Shown here one piece after another: positions 52,361 through 64,000 of a DNA stretch of 64,000 nt (its first letter is position 1; the number at the start of each line of letters is the position of its first letter). The notes beneath the pieces are model-generated. The model had not been told where the DNA came from. It ran no database searches and saw only the letters and a program-made list of their open reading frames with translations. This DNA comes from Bugula neritina (Eukaryota; Animalia; Bryozoa), in the NCBI GenBank assembly GCA_964035545.1, contig OZ037766.1, positions 2,976,001 through 3,040,000 of the forward strand, given 5' to 3'. The translations under genes were made by a program, and so were the position numbers.

Positions 52361-54355
52361 TTCCAATTCGTTTTGTAGTTTTTATTTAGCATTAGCATAT
52401 TTTGTTACTTGTCATATTTACTTCATATCTTACTCATTAGATTATTCTCTCACTCTGCCCATCATTAATTAGTGGATTTAGTAAATCGTGCAATTATTAG
52501 CTTCACCTGTTCCTCTTACAACACTTTGCTAGAAATTGCCTCTAATATTGTCACAGTTTTCTTTCCTAATCTTATTGTGTACTGAAGTATATTATAACAC
52601 ACCATTATACATCACTTATATTTAGTATTGCTATTTTATCTTTGGGGATGGCTTTCTGGTGAATGGATCCAGCATAGAAGTTTGTGAATCTGTATGTTGT
52701 GAATTGGATATACAAATAAATTTTACCGATCTCTGTAATGCCTTGTGATATCTGTCATAACAAGCAATGTAAATGCATGAACAACTTGATCAGGTAGTTG
52801 AGAGTTGAGTAGAGATATTTTGTTCTTGTGAACACATGTTCTAGTGGGAAGTAGGCTTTTAGCCTATCAGAGTAAAGCCATTGTGCTGCACAGTTAAATT
52901 GAGCATAAATCAAAATGCTAGTTGGTAGGTCTTGGGTTTTTATGACAATTAGCAAGTGGAAAACATCTTATATAGATTTAAAATTATTAATCTCTGTGTT
53001 GTGTAATAAACCAATCAAAATGTAATGGATCTAGGCTCAGCTTATTGAAAAAATTTGATATAATAGTTGGAAAATATAACAATTACAAATCAGTTGAATT
53101 TATTTAGTGTTAGGTTGCTTTTCTGCAGAGGGGTAAGGAGTTCTACCACAGCATACTTCAAATTCTCTTGGTTGAAGTTGAAGCAAATCGTTTAATAACT
53201 ACTCGGCCATTAACAAAAGTGATTGATAACATGATTCATCCTGAGGCATTATGGTAAATGTTTTTAGCACAACTCTCAATCATTGTGAAGGAATTTGAGA
53301 AATGAAGCAATAAACTCAGTCTACCACTTCTGGCCCCACAAAGCTCTATTATATGCTGGTCTTGCCCTGTTTTACAGACTTATACTATAAAAAAATCAGT
53401 TAAAATCTGCTTGACATCAAAATTTCAAATGAGAAAATTGAGTAGCAGTTGTAGACCCTTTGCATTGCATATATAGCAATTTGTTAGTATTTTTAGGCCA
53501 TAATAGTTTTAGTAATTATCAGGGCATCCCACACTAGTTGGTGACTAATCACCATTATTATGATTAATCATACTATGACAACGGGAGTATTAGAAGAAAA
53601 TAACCCGACAAACCAGTTTACACTAGTGTAAGCAAGCTTAAACTAGTGCAGCTCAAGAAAAGGGGAAATTTAAAATTCCAAGGTTAGCTATTGATCTAAT
53701 ACAAAATGCTACTGCAATGTATGGGGACTACAGGCTGATGGTCTATAACCTATAGGTCATTGTAGAGCTCAAAGTCCTGTGTAAAGGGGCAATGACTCCC
53801 TTATCGTGAGTAATGACAATGTCTACTAACAGCTACTAAATTCTGTACTTATCTTACATTGGAAGCAATATTGGTGGAGATCTGTGTGAACAGTTTTGTA
53901 ATCTGTAAAATTCAACTTATAATTATTTGCTAGGAAGTTCCTGAGACTCCAATATAAATGTTTGCTATACATGAGAAAGGGTGACAAGTTTGTGGGTGGT
54001 ACAAACACATGGGTTGAGCAATTTTAGTACTGGAATGAAATCATGGCCAATAACTTGAGTTAACTCGTTAATAATGACACGGTCTATCAGAAAACATGAA
54101 ATTTTATTTAGTAATAAATTAAATATTAACTTTCAGTATTGAGTCATGCTTCCTCCATGCACTGAGTGGGTTGTACATATTCCTACATTCTTGAAGTTCA
54201 TACACCTTCAGTGATTAAATCACTGCAAGTCTTACATAAGTGTGCATATACCTGACAGAAGACAACTATTACTGCATATAGCTAACCTATAAGCTAAAAC
54301 CTATATGTATGTCACATCACATTCATAGCTTCACCAGCCAGGCCAGCTGTTATGA

Positions 54356-54466
54356 AGAATTGTCCTATAAGCAGCTCTGAGTTGGGGGACCCAACTCCAA
54401 ACTTGAGAACCCCAAACTACTGCACTCATTCACCCCCCAAATCCGAGCTGCTCATAAAACAATTCT
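54356..54466. mobile_element. MITE-like element family 3, short (internally deleted) copy
   Basis: Inverted ends agaattgtcctataagcagctc / gagctgctcataaaacaattct. Shares tgagttggggg and ccaaactactgcact with 60332-60502. Confidence 0.7.
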
Positions 54467-55044
54467 GTTTGTTTTGAAAGCCAGTTCATGGTTCTTGCAA
54501 GTGCTTTTCCAATGCATTGTCCAGTTTTATACTGTCACCAACTAGACCCTTATTGCTATTGTGTGTTGTGCTACAATCCCTTGCCAGTACATTACTGTTT
54601 ATCTAAAGTCATTTTATAAAATTTAGAGTTTGAGATTATGATGTTACATCATGACTTTATTACAAGCTGCTACTACCTTATGAATAGTACGTAGTAAACT
54701 CAATAGCATTCTGTTCACCAGACCATTTGGATACAACCTGAATTTTATTCAGAAAGTGGTTAATGTCAAGGTTACAAAAGGTGAAATGAGAAGTGCATCT
54801 TATAGCTGTAAATATAATTTATTTGTAGCAAAATGATTTGAAATAGTTTTAAACGAATCTCATAAAAAGTAGAGTCCCAGTTTATATTGCAAGGAATAAC
54901 AATATTAATTAGGCAAAACTCATCAAATTGATAACTGATAATTTTTTAAATAACTTCTGCAAAATAACTTAACAGTATCTATAAATAGAAAAGATGCAAA
55001 GGGTGTAGAAATAAGGTTTTGGGATTGGGTAGGCAACTGCTGTG

Positions 55045-58000
55045 TTATCTTATCTGGCGAATCATTCTTTCAATGTCAGCTTGATACTTTTGGAGACACT
55101 GCGGTCTCTTTAGCTTCAGTTTCTGAGTTATTAGATTGCGATTCGCTCTGAAAGATTGGGCTGTAAGATAGATGTCCTCAACCTATACAGAATAAAGGGG
55201 AGTTGGTGATTCAGAAACAATGATCTGTATATGAAGAGAGTACAGAATAATACTGTAAAAGATGCTATACTTCACACAATATAAACAACAGACATTAGAG
55301 TTGTCCCATCTCTTTAAATTAGTCAAAATTAAAGAAGATAAGGTTGCATGCTAGGAGCATGCTAGCTTACAATGTGAAAATCGTTAGAAGCAACATCAGG
55401 TTTGGGGTGACCGTGCAGTATTTGTATATAAATTGTTGTTCAAACCCAAGCAACCAATGCACTCAATGACCACCAACTCGGTGCTGCTTCAATCGATTTC
55501 CTTGCAGTGCAGCTTATAATAACATGTAACATTGATTTATCCACTTCTGAAGCCTTGAACTCTCACCTGTTGAAAGCTCTCCAAGCCATGTTCATAGCCA
55601 CAGGCCCTCATGTTTTTCAGCACAATTCTCTTAACTTCCGGGTGCTCAGCTAGCTCCTCCATACTTCTATGTCTGTCTTCAGGTCTTACGTTTACCACCT
55701 CTAACAGAGCAGTTAGGCTGAAGAACACGATGCCTACCTGCGAGACGTACACAAACAAGCTTAAGTCATACTCAGTTTATCTCAATTACTCTGAGCTATA
55801 AGAAACTTGTTGCTGTGTACAGCATTTTTAAGAGCCTAAATATTTTATGATATAAACTTTATATTATAAGTGTTGTAGTGTGATGTGTCCGCTGATTGTA
55901 TTTACTTTTGCTGAAATTTTATTGCTGGGTGTTTCAAAAATATTTGATAGTTATAGTTTTTGGTCTTGCATGAAAATATTTCAAACTTTTAAACCACTAG
56001 TACATTTAAAGACCATTTAAATTAGGCCAAAAGTGGAGCCGGCAACCGCCCGCACAACTTTTAAAATTCAAGGCTAGCCTGTGCTCCAAGGCCTCGTCTG
56101 TTTACTACAAATTTGTCACTAGATTATGGCTATATTGGAGGGACGGGAGCCGAGGCTTTTAGGTAATCTGCATGTAATACTTTAAGAACAGCAACAAACA
56201 GGAAATACATAGGATAGACTATTAATATTGAACTTACCAGTATCGAGTGTCTAGTGTCATAGTGTACAAGACACTCGCTGACTAAAGGGCAGCGTAAATA
56301 AGTGTTCTCGATCCTTCCCAGAGCAATGTACTTACCCGGACATAAGCTAAAAATGTTTCTCTTTCTGTCAATTATCACCAGCGTCCCTCTCTAAGGATTC
56401 ATAAATATTTTTGAATGTAATAATTACATTAACAGTTTTTGCTACAGCATCTTTATAATGTGCAGCTACCTTGCATTTTCTAATAAATCATACAATAATT
56501 TGAAGCGCAATTAAATTGGAAACACAATTTTTCCTATACAAGTTGTTAAAAAGTCAATTATTTTGCTGAACAAATTTGCTGACTATGTACTAAAATTTAT
56601 TTTAAATCCCTATGCGTAGTAGTGAAATGCATTAAAGCACACTCTATTGTAATAAACAGCACTAGAATACTATCATGAATAAGTATATGTAAAGTAACAA
56701 ATAAACCAAATTTTTAAAGCTAAGCAGTAATAGATGTCAACAAACCTAGGGCTACACATAGCAGATTTCCCGCACTGCAGGACGCCTGTGGGAACTTCAC
56801 ACAAACCAGACGATTTTTACCTTTGATCCTCATGTGCATATGGCCCCATGCCAGTTTCTATTCTATAGAATACATCTAGTAACACTATCTAAATTCTTGC
56901 TACCTACCTCAGTCCATTTACCAATATCTCCAGTATGTAACCATCCGTCATTATCAATGACTTCTCTTGTCTTTTCCTCATTGCGTAGATAACCACTAAA
57001 CACATTGACTCCCTTACAGCACACCTCACCCACATTCTCAGCAGCATAGAAATTCTTCTCCGGGACGTCGATTAATTTTATTATATTACAGTCTAATGGT
57101 GGCCCCACCTCTTCTAAGAGAACTAGGAGATAAAACCGAAAAAGTATTTGAAATAAATAATGTTTAAATAATGAAACTAAAAAACTCAAGTTGTTTACAG
57201 CTCTGACATTGCAAAATGGGAAAGTTAATGCACCAATTCAACAAGTCACAATAGAATGCATAGTTCCAATGTGATAGATTTGCAGAAAACGGACTAGCAT
57301 GAGCTGTATTGTAAGAAGTCAAGCTCAGCATCTAAAGTCTAAACGAATGCCTAGCTACTATGTTTAGTTCAAAAGAAAACCTATAATTAATCTTGTATAA
57401 TATGAGATGTGTGTCGTAAGTATTTTGTTTGAAAGAAGAAACTAGACAAGAGAGAATAACACCTGAAAATACATCTCCAGGTAAAGTGCTAGTCACGCAA
57501 CCCAAACTTTCCGCCTGCCCATAACCATGTAAAACCTGAAACATATGAAAAACTTGACGCAATCTCTCACTAAATTTATTTAGTAACAAGTTGAATTCTG
57601 CATGCTCATTTCTGCAGTAACAGTTACCAATCTTTCTATCAAAGCCTAACAGCTTGACAAACTCATTGCTTATAGCAGGTGAACCAATCAGAGCCTTTGG
57701 CAGTAGCCATTGCTATCAAGTGAGCCAATCACAGCTAATTTACAAAAAGTTACACTGAACAATGCTCTAATAACATTTCTGTTGAAATTTTCCACCAAAA
57801 AGCATATAAAATAGTATCTTATTTTGTAGCTAATTTGGATACAGGCTTGTCTGATAATATTATAAGGGTAAATATAACTATTCTAAATGGATATTTCATT
57901 GTGCAACTATAACATACCTTAACAAACTTACAACTTGAACACCAATAGTATGGCATGTATGCAATGCAAGTGGGAAGCAATGTTGTTAATCAAAGTTAAA

Positions 58001-61000
58001 GGTAATCAATAAGGAGTAGGCTATAGAGCACAACTACACATACCACTGCGCCCAACGCTGCTCTGAAGAATCTCAGCACAGGAGGAGGGACATGGTCTGT
58101 CTCTGTCATACACACCTTCACACAACCCCCTAGTAAGTTCTGTAACTTCTTGAACACTAGTCTGTCCCATATGGTAGACTTTGTTATAATGCCCCTATAA
58201 TAATAACAAGTATAGAAACATGCAGGTAAAGCTTTAACCCGGATGCTATTTCTTCTAGTCACCCACCATTTACTTGATTTATAATTTTTCTTATAGAAAC
58301 TAAAAGACATTTTGTAAAAAATGAGTTAAGTTGCATAACAGAAAGCTCCCACAGTTTCAGTCTTTGCAAATAATAACCGCGTGTTATTATACATAAATGC
58401 AAAGTTAGTTACAGTTTTCCATTGTAAAATTTTAAATATGACAAAAATATACAAATCCGTATCTGCATTACATGATATATAAACTACCTGTGAATATAAT
58501 TCTCTTTGTTTGTCAATGCCTTGTTAAAAAACCAGTTGCTGTGCTCTTTCACAAACTACAATATGAAATTCTAACTTTCTAATTATACACTATACGCTAT
58601 ACAGTATGTACACACTACACACACACTTCGTTTCCAAGCTTCGCATTATGTGAATGGATTTTTATTCGATGAATTTGGAAGCAGTTGCATGGGAGCATGA
58701 AAATGCAGTGATATACAGTATACAGTATGTACTATGCAGTACAGTGTATACACTATAAAGTATATAATATACAGTATAGGCTATACAGTACACAATATAT
58801 GCAGTATAACATACTACACCATATACATTATATGCTGCACAGTATATACAGTATACACTATACAGTATATACTATACAATACATATGGATATAAGTGTAT
58901 AGTATAAATACAAACTACACTGAAGCATTACATAACATATTATATAGGCTAATAGGATACACCTCTTCATATATTTGAGTCATCATCTCAGCACTAAGTG
59001 TCAGGTAAGTGGGTTTCAGGTACTTTATATCAGTAATTAGAGAGATTTCCTCTCCACTGTAGAATCCGATCTTCCCTCCTTCCGCTGTCACCAGCATCTG
59101 TATGAGTCATCAGTACATGAAGTTATGTAATAACTAATACTACTTATGCATTAGGAAATACAATATTTGCAGAGAAATTTAATATATAAATACTGTAAAC
59201 CTTTTAAAAGTATAATCTAGGGATTTGCATTTAAATTGCTTACAATTTTAATTAGAATATTATAATATTTTATTATATTATACAAATATTGCTCTCTGAA
59301 TAAAGCAATGTAAGAAAATGAAAAAAAATTAAATATAAAATGTATAACAGGACTATAAAAAATTTAAAAAAAAGCTGTAAACTTTCTCAGCATAAAAATT
59401 CACATAAATCATCCAACATGAATTAAATTCTTAAAATTATTAGTAGAAAAACAGCAAACAAACATAATATATATAACACTCTCAACTAACCCAAACCTTG
59501 TTAAGCATACAATATGGAAGTTATCCTACCAGCATTGTCTGCTCCTGCACATTTGCTAAAGACAAGTATGATATAAACACGTCTGCACCTCTCGCCATGA
59601 AATTCTCCTTGTAAAATCTTTCCTAAAAGTTATACATATCATTGCAACTTATATATCATATAATAATAATATATAGCATAGAATAATATATATCACACAA
59701 GAATATATAACATATAGTAATATCTAGCATAATTATAATAATATTATATTGCATATAATAATATACAACATAAAGATATATAGCACGCATTAATATATAA
59801 CACATAATAATATATATAGCATACAATAATATATAGCATATAAAAGTATATAGCATATGATAACAGATAATATATAACATATAAACATTTTATATAATGT
59901 ATAATATAAAATTATCTTGTAATTATACTGCATACTACAACAACAACAACTAAAGAATGTATTATATATGATATATCTTATATACTTCAGTATACGATAT
60001 ATCCTGCAGGTGAATGTCAAATAATGCACTAAACCTCTATTGGGTGTCATAAGCTACTCTGACAGAATGTGCAGGTAGTTGCATAGCCTCGACACATGGT
60101 GACAGGTGTCATGTACTTACAAATCTTGCCTGAGAGCACCTGACAACTTCACTCAGCCCTTTGTGCTGTATCATGGCTCCCTTTGGTTTACCAGTTGTTC
60201 CACTCGTATAACACACTAGACACAGGTCTTCTGGATTACACCCCTACAGTTTAGAGACGGAGGGATGAGTGGTTACTCATACTAATTTAGTAGATTTAGA
60301 AACACAGGCTATTTCTGACCTTGCAATGTGGAAATTTGCTATAAGCAGCCATGAGTTGGGGGTTACTGAGTGCAGTGATTTGGGGTCTTTAGAATATGGA
60401 GTTGGTGGTTTAAAATTCCAACCTAAACGTCCAATTCCCCAAACTCGAGAATTCCAAACTACTGCACTTCGCCTCCCAACTCGGGGTTGCTTATAGCAAT
60501 TTTATGCATTGTGCTGACAAATACATGTCAATATATTACATGTTTCAAGTTTTACCAACAATTATATACTGTTTAACAGAAAATGGAAATTTAACAGCTG
60601 CATGAATTCCAAGTGGCAAGAAAAGGAAATGTCATAAAATAACGACATTAGATTATTTTATGCTTTTAAAAAGTTCTAGAACTTTACTTATAGTCCTTGT
60701 TATGGTGTATAACAGAAACATCAAAAGAGAATAAGCTTAGCTCCAAAGTTTGACAAATAATAGCAGTAAGGGGAGCTAACTTACCACTCGTCTCACCGGG
60801 TGATTTTCTCCTTCATTCTGAAATACAAATGAAACAGCATTTATGTTACATTGTTTGCTACATTTGCTATATAATTTACATTATTCATTATAAACACAAA
60901 TAAAAAGCCTACCTCCAGTGTGTTAAAAGATAGGATATTCCACTCCAAACTGCTGACAGCTGAAAAAGTAGAGGCGCTAAGGCTATCCACGTCAAAGTGT

Positions 61001-63404
61001 ATGAGATACTTGATGCTGGGTAAGTTAGTTCCCCACTTCATCAGGTCTATCACCTTGTCTTCATCGTCACATATGATAGCTTGCATTTGCGCTGTACAAG
61101 TCAAATCACTGATTATTAAACCTGCTATGTTATAGTTTGTAGTGTAGCTTGTGAAAATCAATCACAAATTGTATAAAAGGAGATAACTCTAATGATAAAA
61201 TGGAACAAATTTTTCAAGCCGTTTTGACTAGTAGTTTGAAAATTATGTTTGTTTAAAACTTTCCATACTGATAGGCTTTAATATCGAAAGCTTGAATATC
61301 AGAAATATACAACTTTACAGAGGGGGATAATTACAAAAGAGAAAACAGCTTACTCTGATTGACAATCTCCTTCAGCCCATGAGCATCTAATTTGTCATAT
61401 AAGGGAACCATGACCATAGAATGTTGATAACAGGCAAACTGGGTCAGCACGACCTAGAAATAGTGTCACACATAAGATATTGTATATATTATAATTCAGC
61501 ACCTTACTAACATTGTTTAATATATATATTATAATTACTTGCAATGCCAGATAATATATAATGCCCTACAAACGTATTACATTGCACTATAAAAAATATG
61601 ATGCTATATTACCGTAATAGACGCATTGATACAAGACAATAATATAATATACATATAATATAGCATTATATAACATATATTGCTATATGAGAGCATGATA
61701 TTTTTGTATTACAATACCACAAGGCTGCAAGTTTTTAGGCATTTGACCTTTTGCACTCTATGCTAGTAAGCAGCTGCCTGCAGTTGCAGTAACATACCGC
61801 CCTGCCACCATGAATCGTTGCAAATTACCTCAGCTCTGTTTTTAGAAAACACTCCGATGAAAGTTGCATTACTTGGCTGAAGATCTAACCACCTCAGCCC
61901 ACATCCAATGTTGGTAATTCTTCTTAAAGCCTACAAGAAATTAATGTTAGTTTTAAGGAATTCAGTTGAGCTAATGATTGATTTAACTGATTAATTTTTA
62001 GGTAAAGGTTTTAAAATTCTAAATTGTGATATTGTTTCGATTTCAAAATCTATGAATGTATCAACATAATGGATCCAGCATGCTTTTGGACACTGAAAAC
62101 TAAATCAAGCATGTCTTTGATGTGTATAAAGGCAGACTAACAGACGGACTAACAGACAGACTTATGTGTATTAGTTTGTTTTCGATTAAGTGGAAATTTT
62201 CAATTCTTCTCTCTTCCACATTTGGTATTATCCCATATTGAAATGTTAAACTAGGTTTTATATTTCACTCCATCACACTATATATAGCTATATAGCGAAA
62301 TGTTAAGAATTGAAGTTCTAGAATAGAAAGTTCTAGAATCTAGATGAAAGGAGCTTACCCTTTCATAGGTCAGCCACACATCATAGCCAGAGCTCCTACT
62401 ACACCTCCATCCCAGGTAGGGTCTTTGAGCTACCAACACACAAATTGAAACAACTTCAAGAATAAATTCTAGATTCAGCTACAAAATAATTTCATTAAAA
62501 AAATGAATTGTACTAAATAATAAATATGCATTTCTGTATTATATAATCAATTGATAATATTTATTTTCCTAATGATCTTACGGAATTGTGCCACTGAATT
62601 CTCTAGAAGATCCAGCAGAGTTCTATCCTCACAGGGAGGAGTTTCCCTAACCACCATGCATGCAGGGATTATCTACAACAAATATAACAATCAGACCTTC
62701 ACCTAAGTCACCTTTACTTTATAATACAGGAGTGTAAACCCCTACTTTATAATACAGGAGTGTAAAACCCTACTTTATAATACAGGAGTGTAAAACCCTA
62801 CTTTATAATACAGGAGTGTAAACCCCTACTTTATAATACAGGAGTGTAAACCCCTAGCTTTTAATACAGGAGTGTAAATCTCTAGTTTATATTACAGGAG
62901 TGTAAACCCCTACTTTATAATAGAGGAGTGTAACCCCTAGTTTATAATACAGGAGTGTAAACCTCTACTTTATAATACAGAAGTGTAAACCCCTACTTTA
63001 TAATACAGGAGTGTAAACCCCTAGCTTTTAATACAGGAGTGTAAACCCCTACTTTATAATACAGGAGTGTAAACCCCTACTTTATAATACAGGAGTGTAA
63101 ACCCCTCTCTTATAATACAGGAGTGCAAACCCCTATTAAAGGAGTGCTAATAGGGGAAAGAGTAGAGTTAAGTGTGATTGGTTAGTGCCCAAACTAATTC
63201 CTTTAGCGTACCTCCTAAATATGAAACTCTAAGCTTTTTGGAACCATATTAATCTATTAAATGTAATGTTTATACAATACTTATTGAAATATAGTTTATA
63301 CAACTTCTGCTGCTCACCATGTGCCTTCTGCTTTGTCTATGAAGCTCTGTGGGATCTAAGACGTAGCAGTCAGGGCCAGACCTTGTTCCTTTACAGCAAG
63401 ACAT
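55045..63404 (-). CDS. Long-chain-fatty-acid--CoA ligase, ACSL1/5/6-like, divergent
   Basis: Exons 63410(ATG 63404)-63318, 62672-62582, 62429-62359, 61930-61829, 61453-61354, 61091-60913, 60817-60785, 60243-60121, 59622-59530, 59097-58963, 58555-58488, 58194-58044, 57535-57463, 57113-56908, 56390-56238, 55737-55567 and 55182-55045 join in frame. P-loop [26 protein letters not shown] and IIDRKRNIF present. A further open 29-nt exon at 63853-63825 means the true start may lie outside the window. Confidence 0.9.
58710..58915. repeat. Degenerate TATAC/TACAG low-complexity tract
   Basis: Seen directly in an ACSL intron. Confidence 0.75.
59650..59990. repeat. AT-rich (ATATA/CATAT) low-complexity tract
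   Basis: Seen directly; it produces the spurious I/Y/C-rich ORFs in the track. Confidence 0.8.
60332..60502. mobile_element. MITE-like element family 3, near-palindromic copy in ACSL intron
   Basis: Long inverted arms ttgctataagcagccatgagttggg ... cccaactcggggttgcttatagcaa, with inner agtgcagtgatttgg / ccaaactactgcact. Confidence 0.78.
62715..63135. repeat. 28-bp minisatellite, about 15 copies
   Basis: Unit tactttataatacaggagtgtaaacccc; copies are contiguous with no spacers. Confidence 0.95.
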
Positions 63405-63410
63405 GTCCAG

Positions 63411-63604
63411 CTACACTGTAACATTATAATATACTACACTGTAACATTATAATATACTACACTGTAACATTATAATATACTACACTGTAACATTATATAC
63501 TACACTGTAACATTATATACTACACTGTAACATTATATACTACACTGTAACATTATATACTACACTGTAACATTATATACTACACTCCAACATTATGTAC
63601 TACA
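63411..63604 (-). repeat. 23/20-bp minisatellite abutting an ACSL acceptor (3 x 23 bp + 6 x 20 bp)
   Basis: Plus-strand unit ctacactgtaacattat(aat)ata; the terminal unit supplies the minus-strand gtgtag| acceptor at 63411. Confidence 0.92.
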
Positions 63605-64000
63605 GAAACTGCTTGCACTTAGGGACATTGATGGAATAAAAATGCTGACAACAAAACCTCAGAGAATTACAGAGCACAATTCTGAATTTAATTGCTTTAA
63701 AAGTATCGTAAGAATAGCAAACAAGTTCAAACAACAAGGTTGGACATATTGTACACCTGGTAATATATAAGAAAGCTGTTCAAAATGAACAGTTTATAGC
63801 AAAATATTATGATTGATCACTCACCCAATTTTTTTGTTTCGTAGCAATCTGGTCTAAAATCTAAACAAGTAATAGTTGATAGAATTTTGTTAAAATATGA
63901 AACGTCTTTCTAATTTTGGTAACAACTTTCTTGCTAATGCAAAAAAAGTTGAATAACTTTAACTAGAAGTTTGTGAATAAAGCTAAGACAAACATATTAT

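Noticed and set aside
55371-55512. Extra ACSL exon before a gtaagc donor
   Set aside because: Available acceptors lead to stops, and exon 55737-55567 joins 55182 directly to restore the expected FQQ-VEDIYL sequence.
62325-62338. Heat-shock element GAAAGTTCTAGAA
   Set aside because: A single intronic match far from any inferred TSS in AT-rich DNA; chance occurrence is plausible.
62715-63135. 28-bp repeats as a CRISPR array
   Set aside because: Units are contiguous with no unique spacers, the context is a eukaryotic intron and no cas genes are present. It is a minisatellite; the same applies to 46230-47085.

Overview
AT-rich, intron-rich animal (probably invertebrate) genomic DNA. I found no prokaryotic features. 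Gene models were spliced by hand from GT-AG junctions and reading-frame continuity. Left to right: 5' end of an unidentified minus-strand gene running off the left edge; an ERG/FLI1/FEV-type ETS factor (+); two complete tandem TBCEL paralogues (-); PRA1/RABAC1 (+); MFAP1 (+); unkempt (+); histone H3.3 (+); and a divergent ACSL1/5/6-type acyl-CoA ligase (-) whose 5' end may leave the window. Introns hold three MITE-like families, tRNA-derived SINEs and many mini/microsatellites. Main observations: (1) Tandem arrays repeatedly start exactly on splice junctions. Three lie in unkempt (27 GTAAGT donors in a 31-bp array; a 19-bp unit combining donor, TACTAAC and AG; a 20-bp CAG|GT array), and others lie in TBCEL-B, MFAP1 and ACSL. 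The extra sites I traced lead to premature stops. (2) One 191-nt exon is 94% identical between otherwise well-diverged TBCEL paralogues, and identity ends at the exon borders. (3) One unkempt exon is a GC3 island (81% versus about 33-36%). (4) Degenerate 3/6-bp periodic tracts occupy the inferred first introns of most housekeeping genes. (5) The ACSL is intact but has several conserved motifs substituted. All functional readings are inference and need RNA-seq or comparative data.
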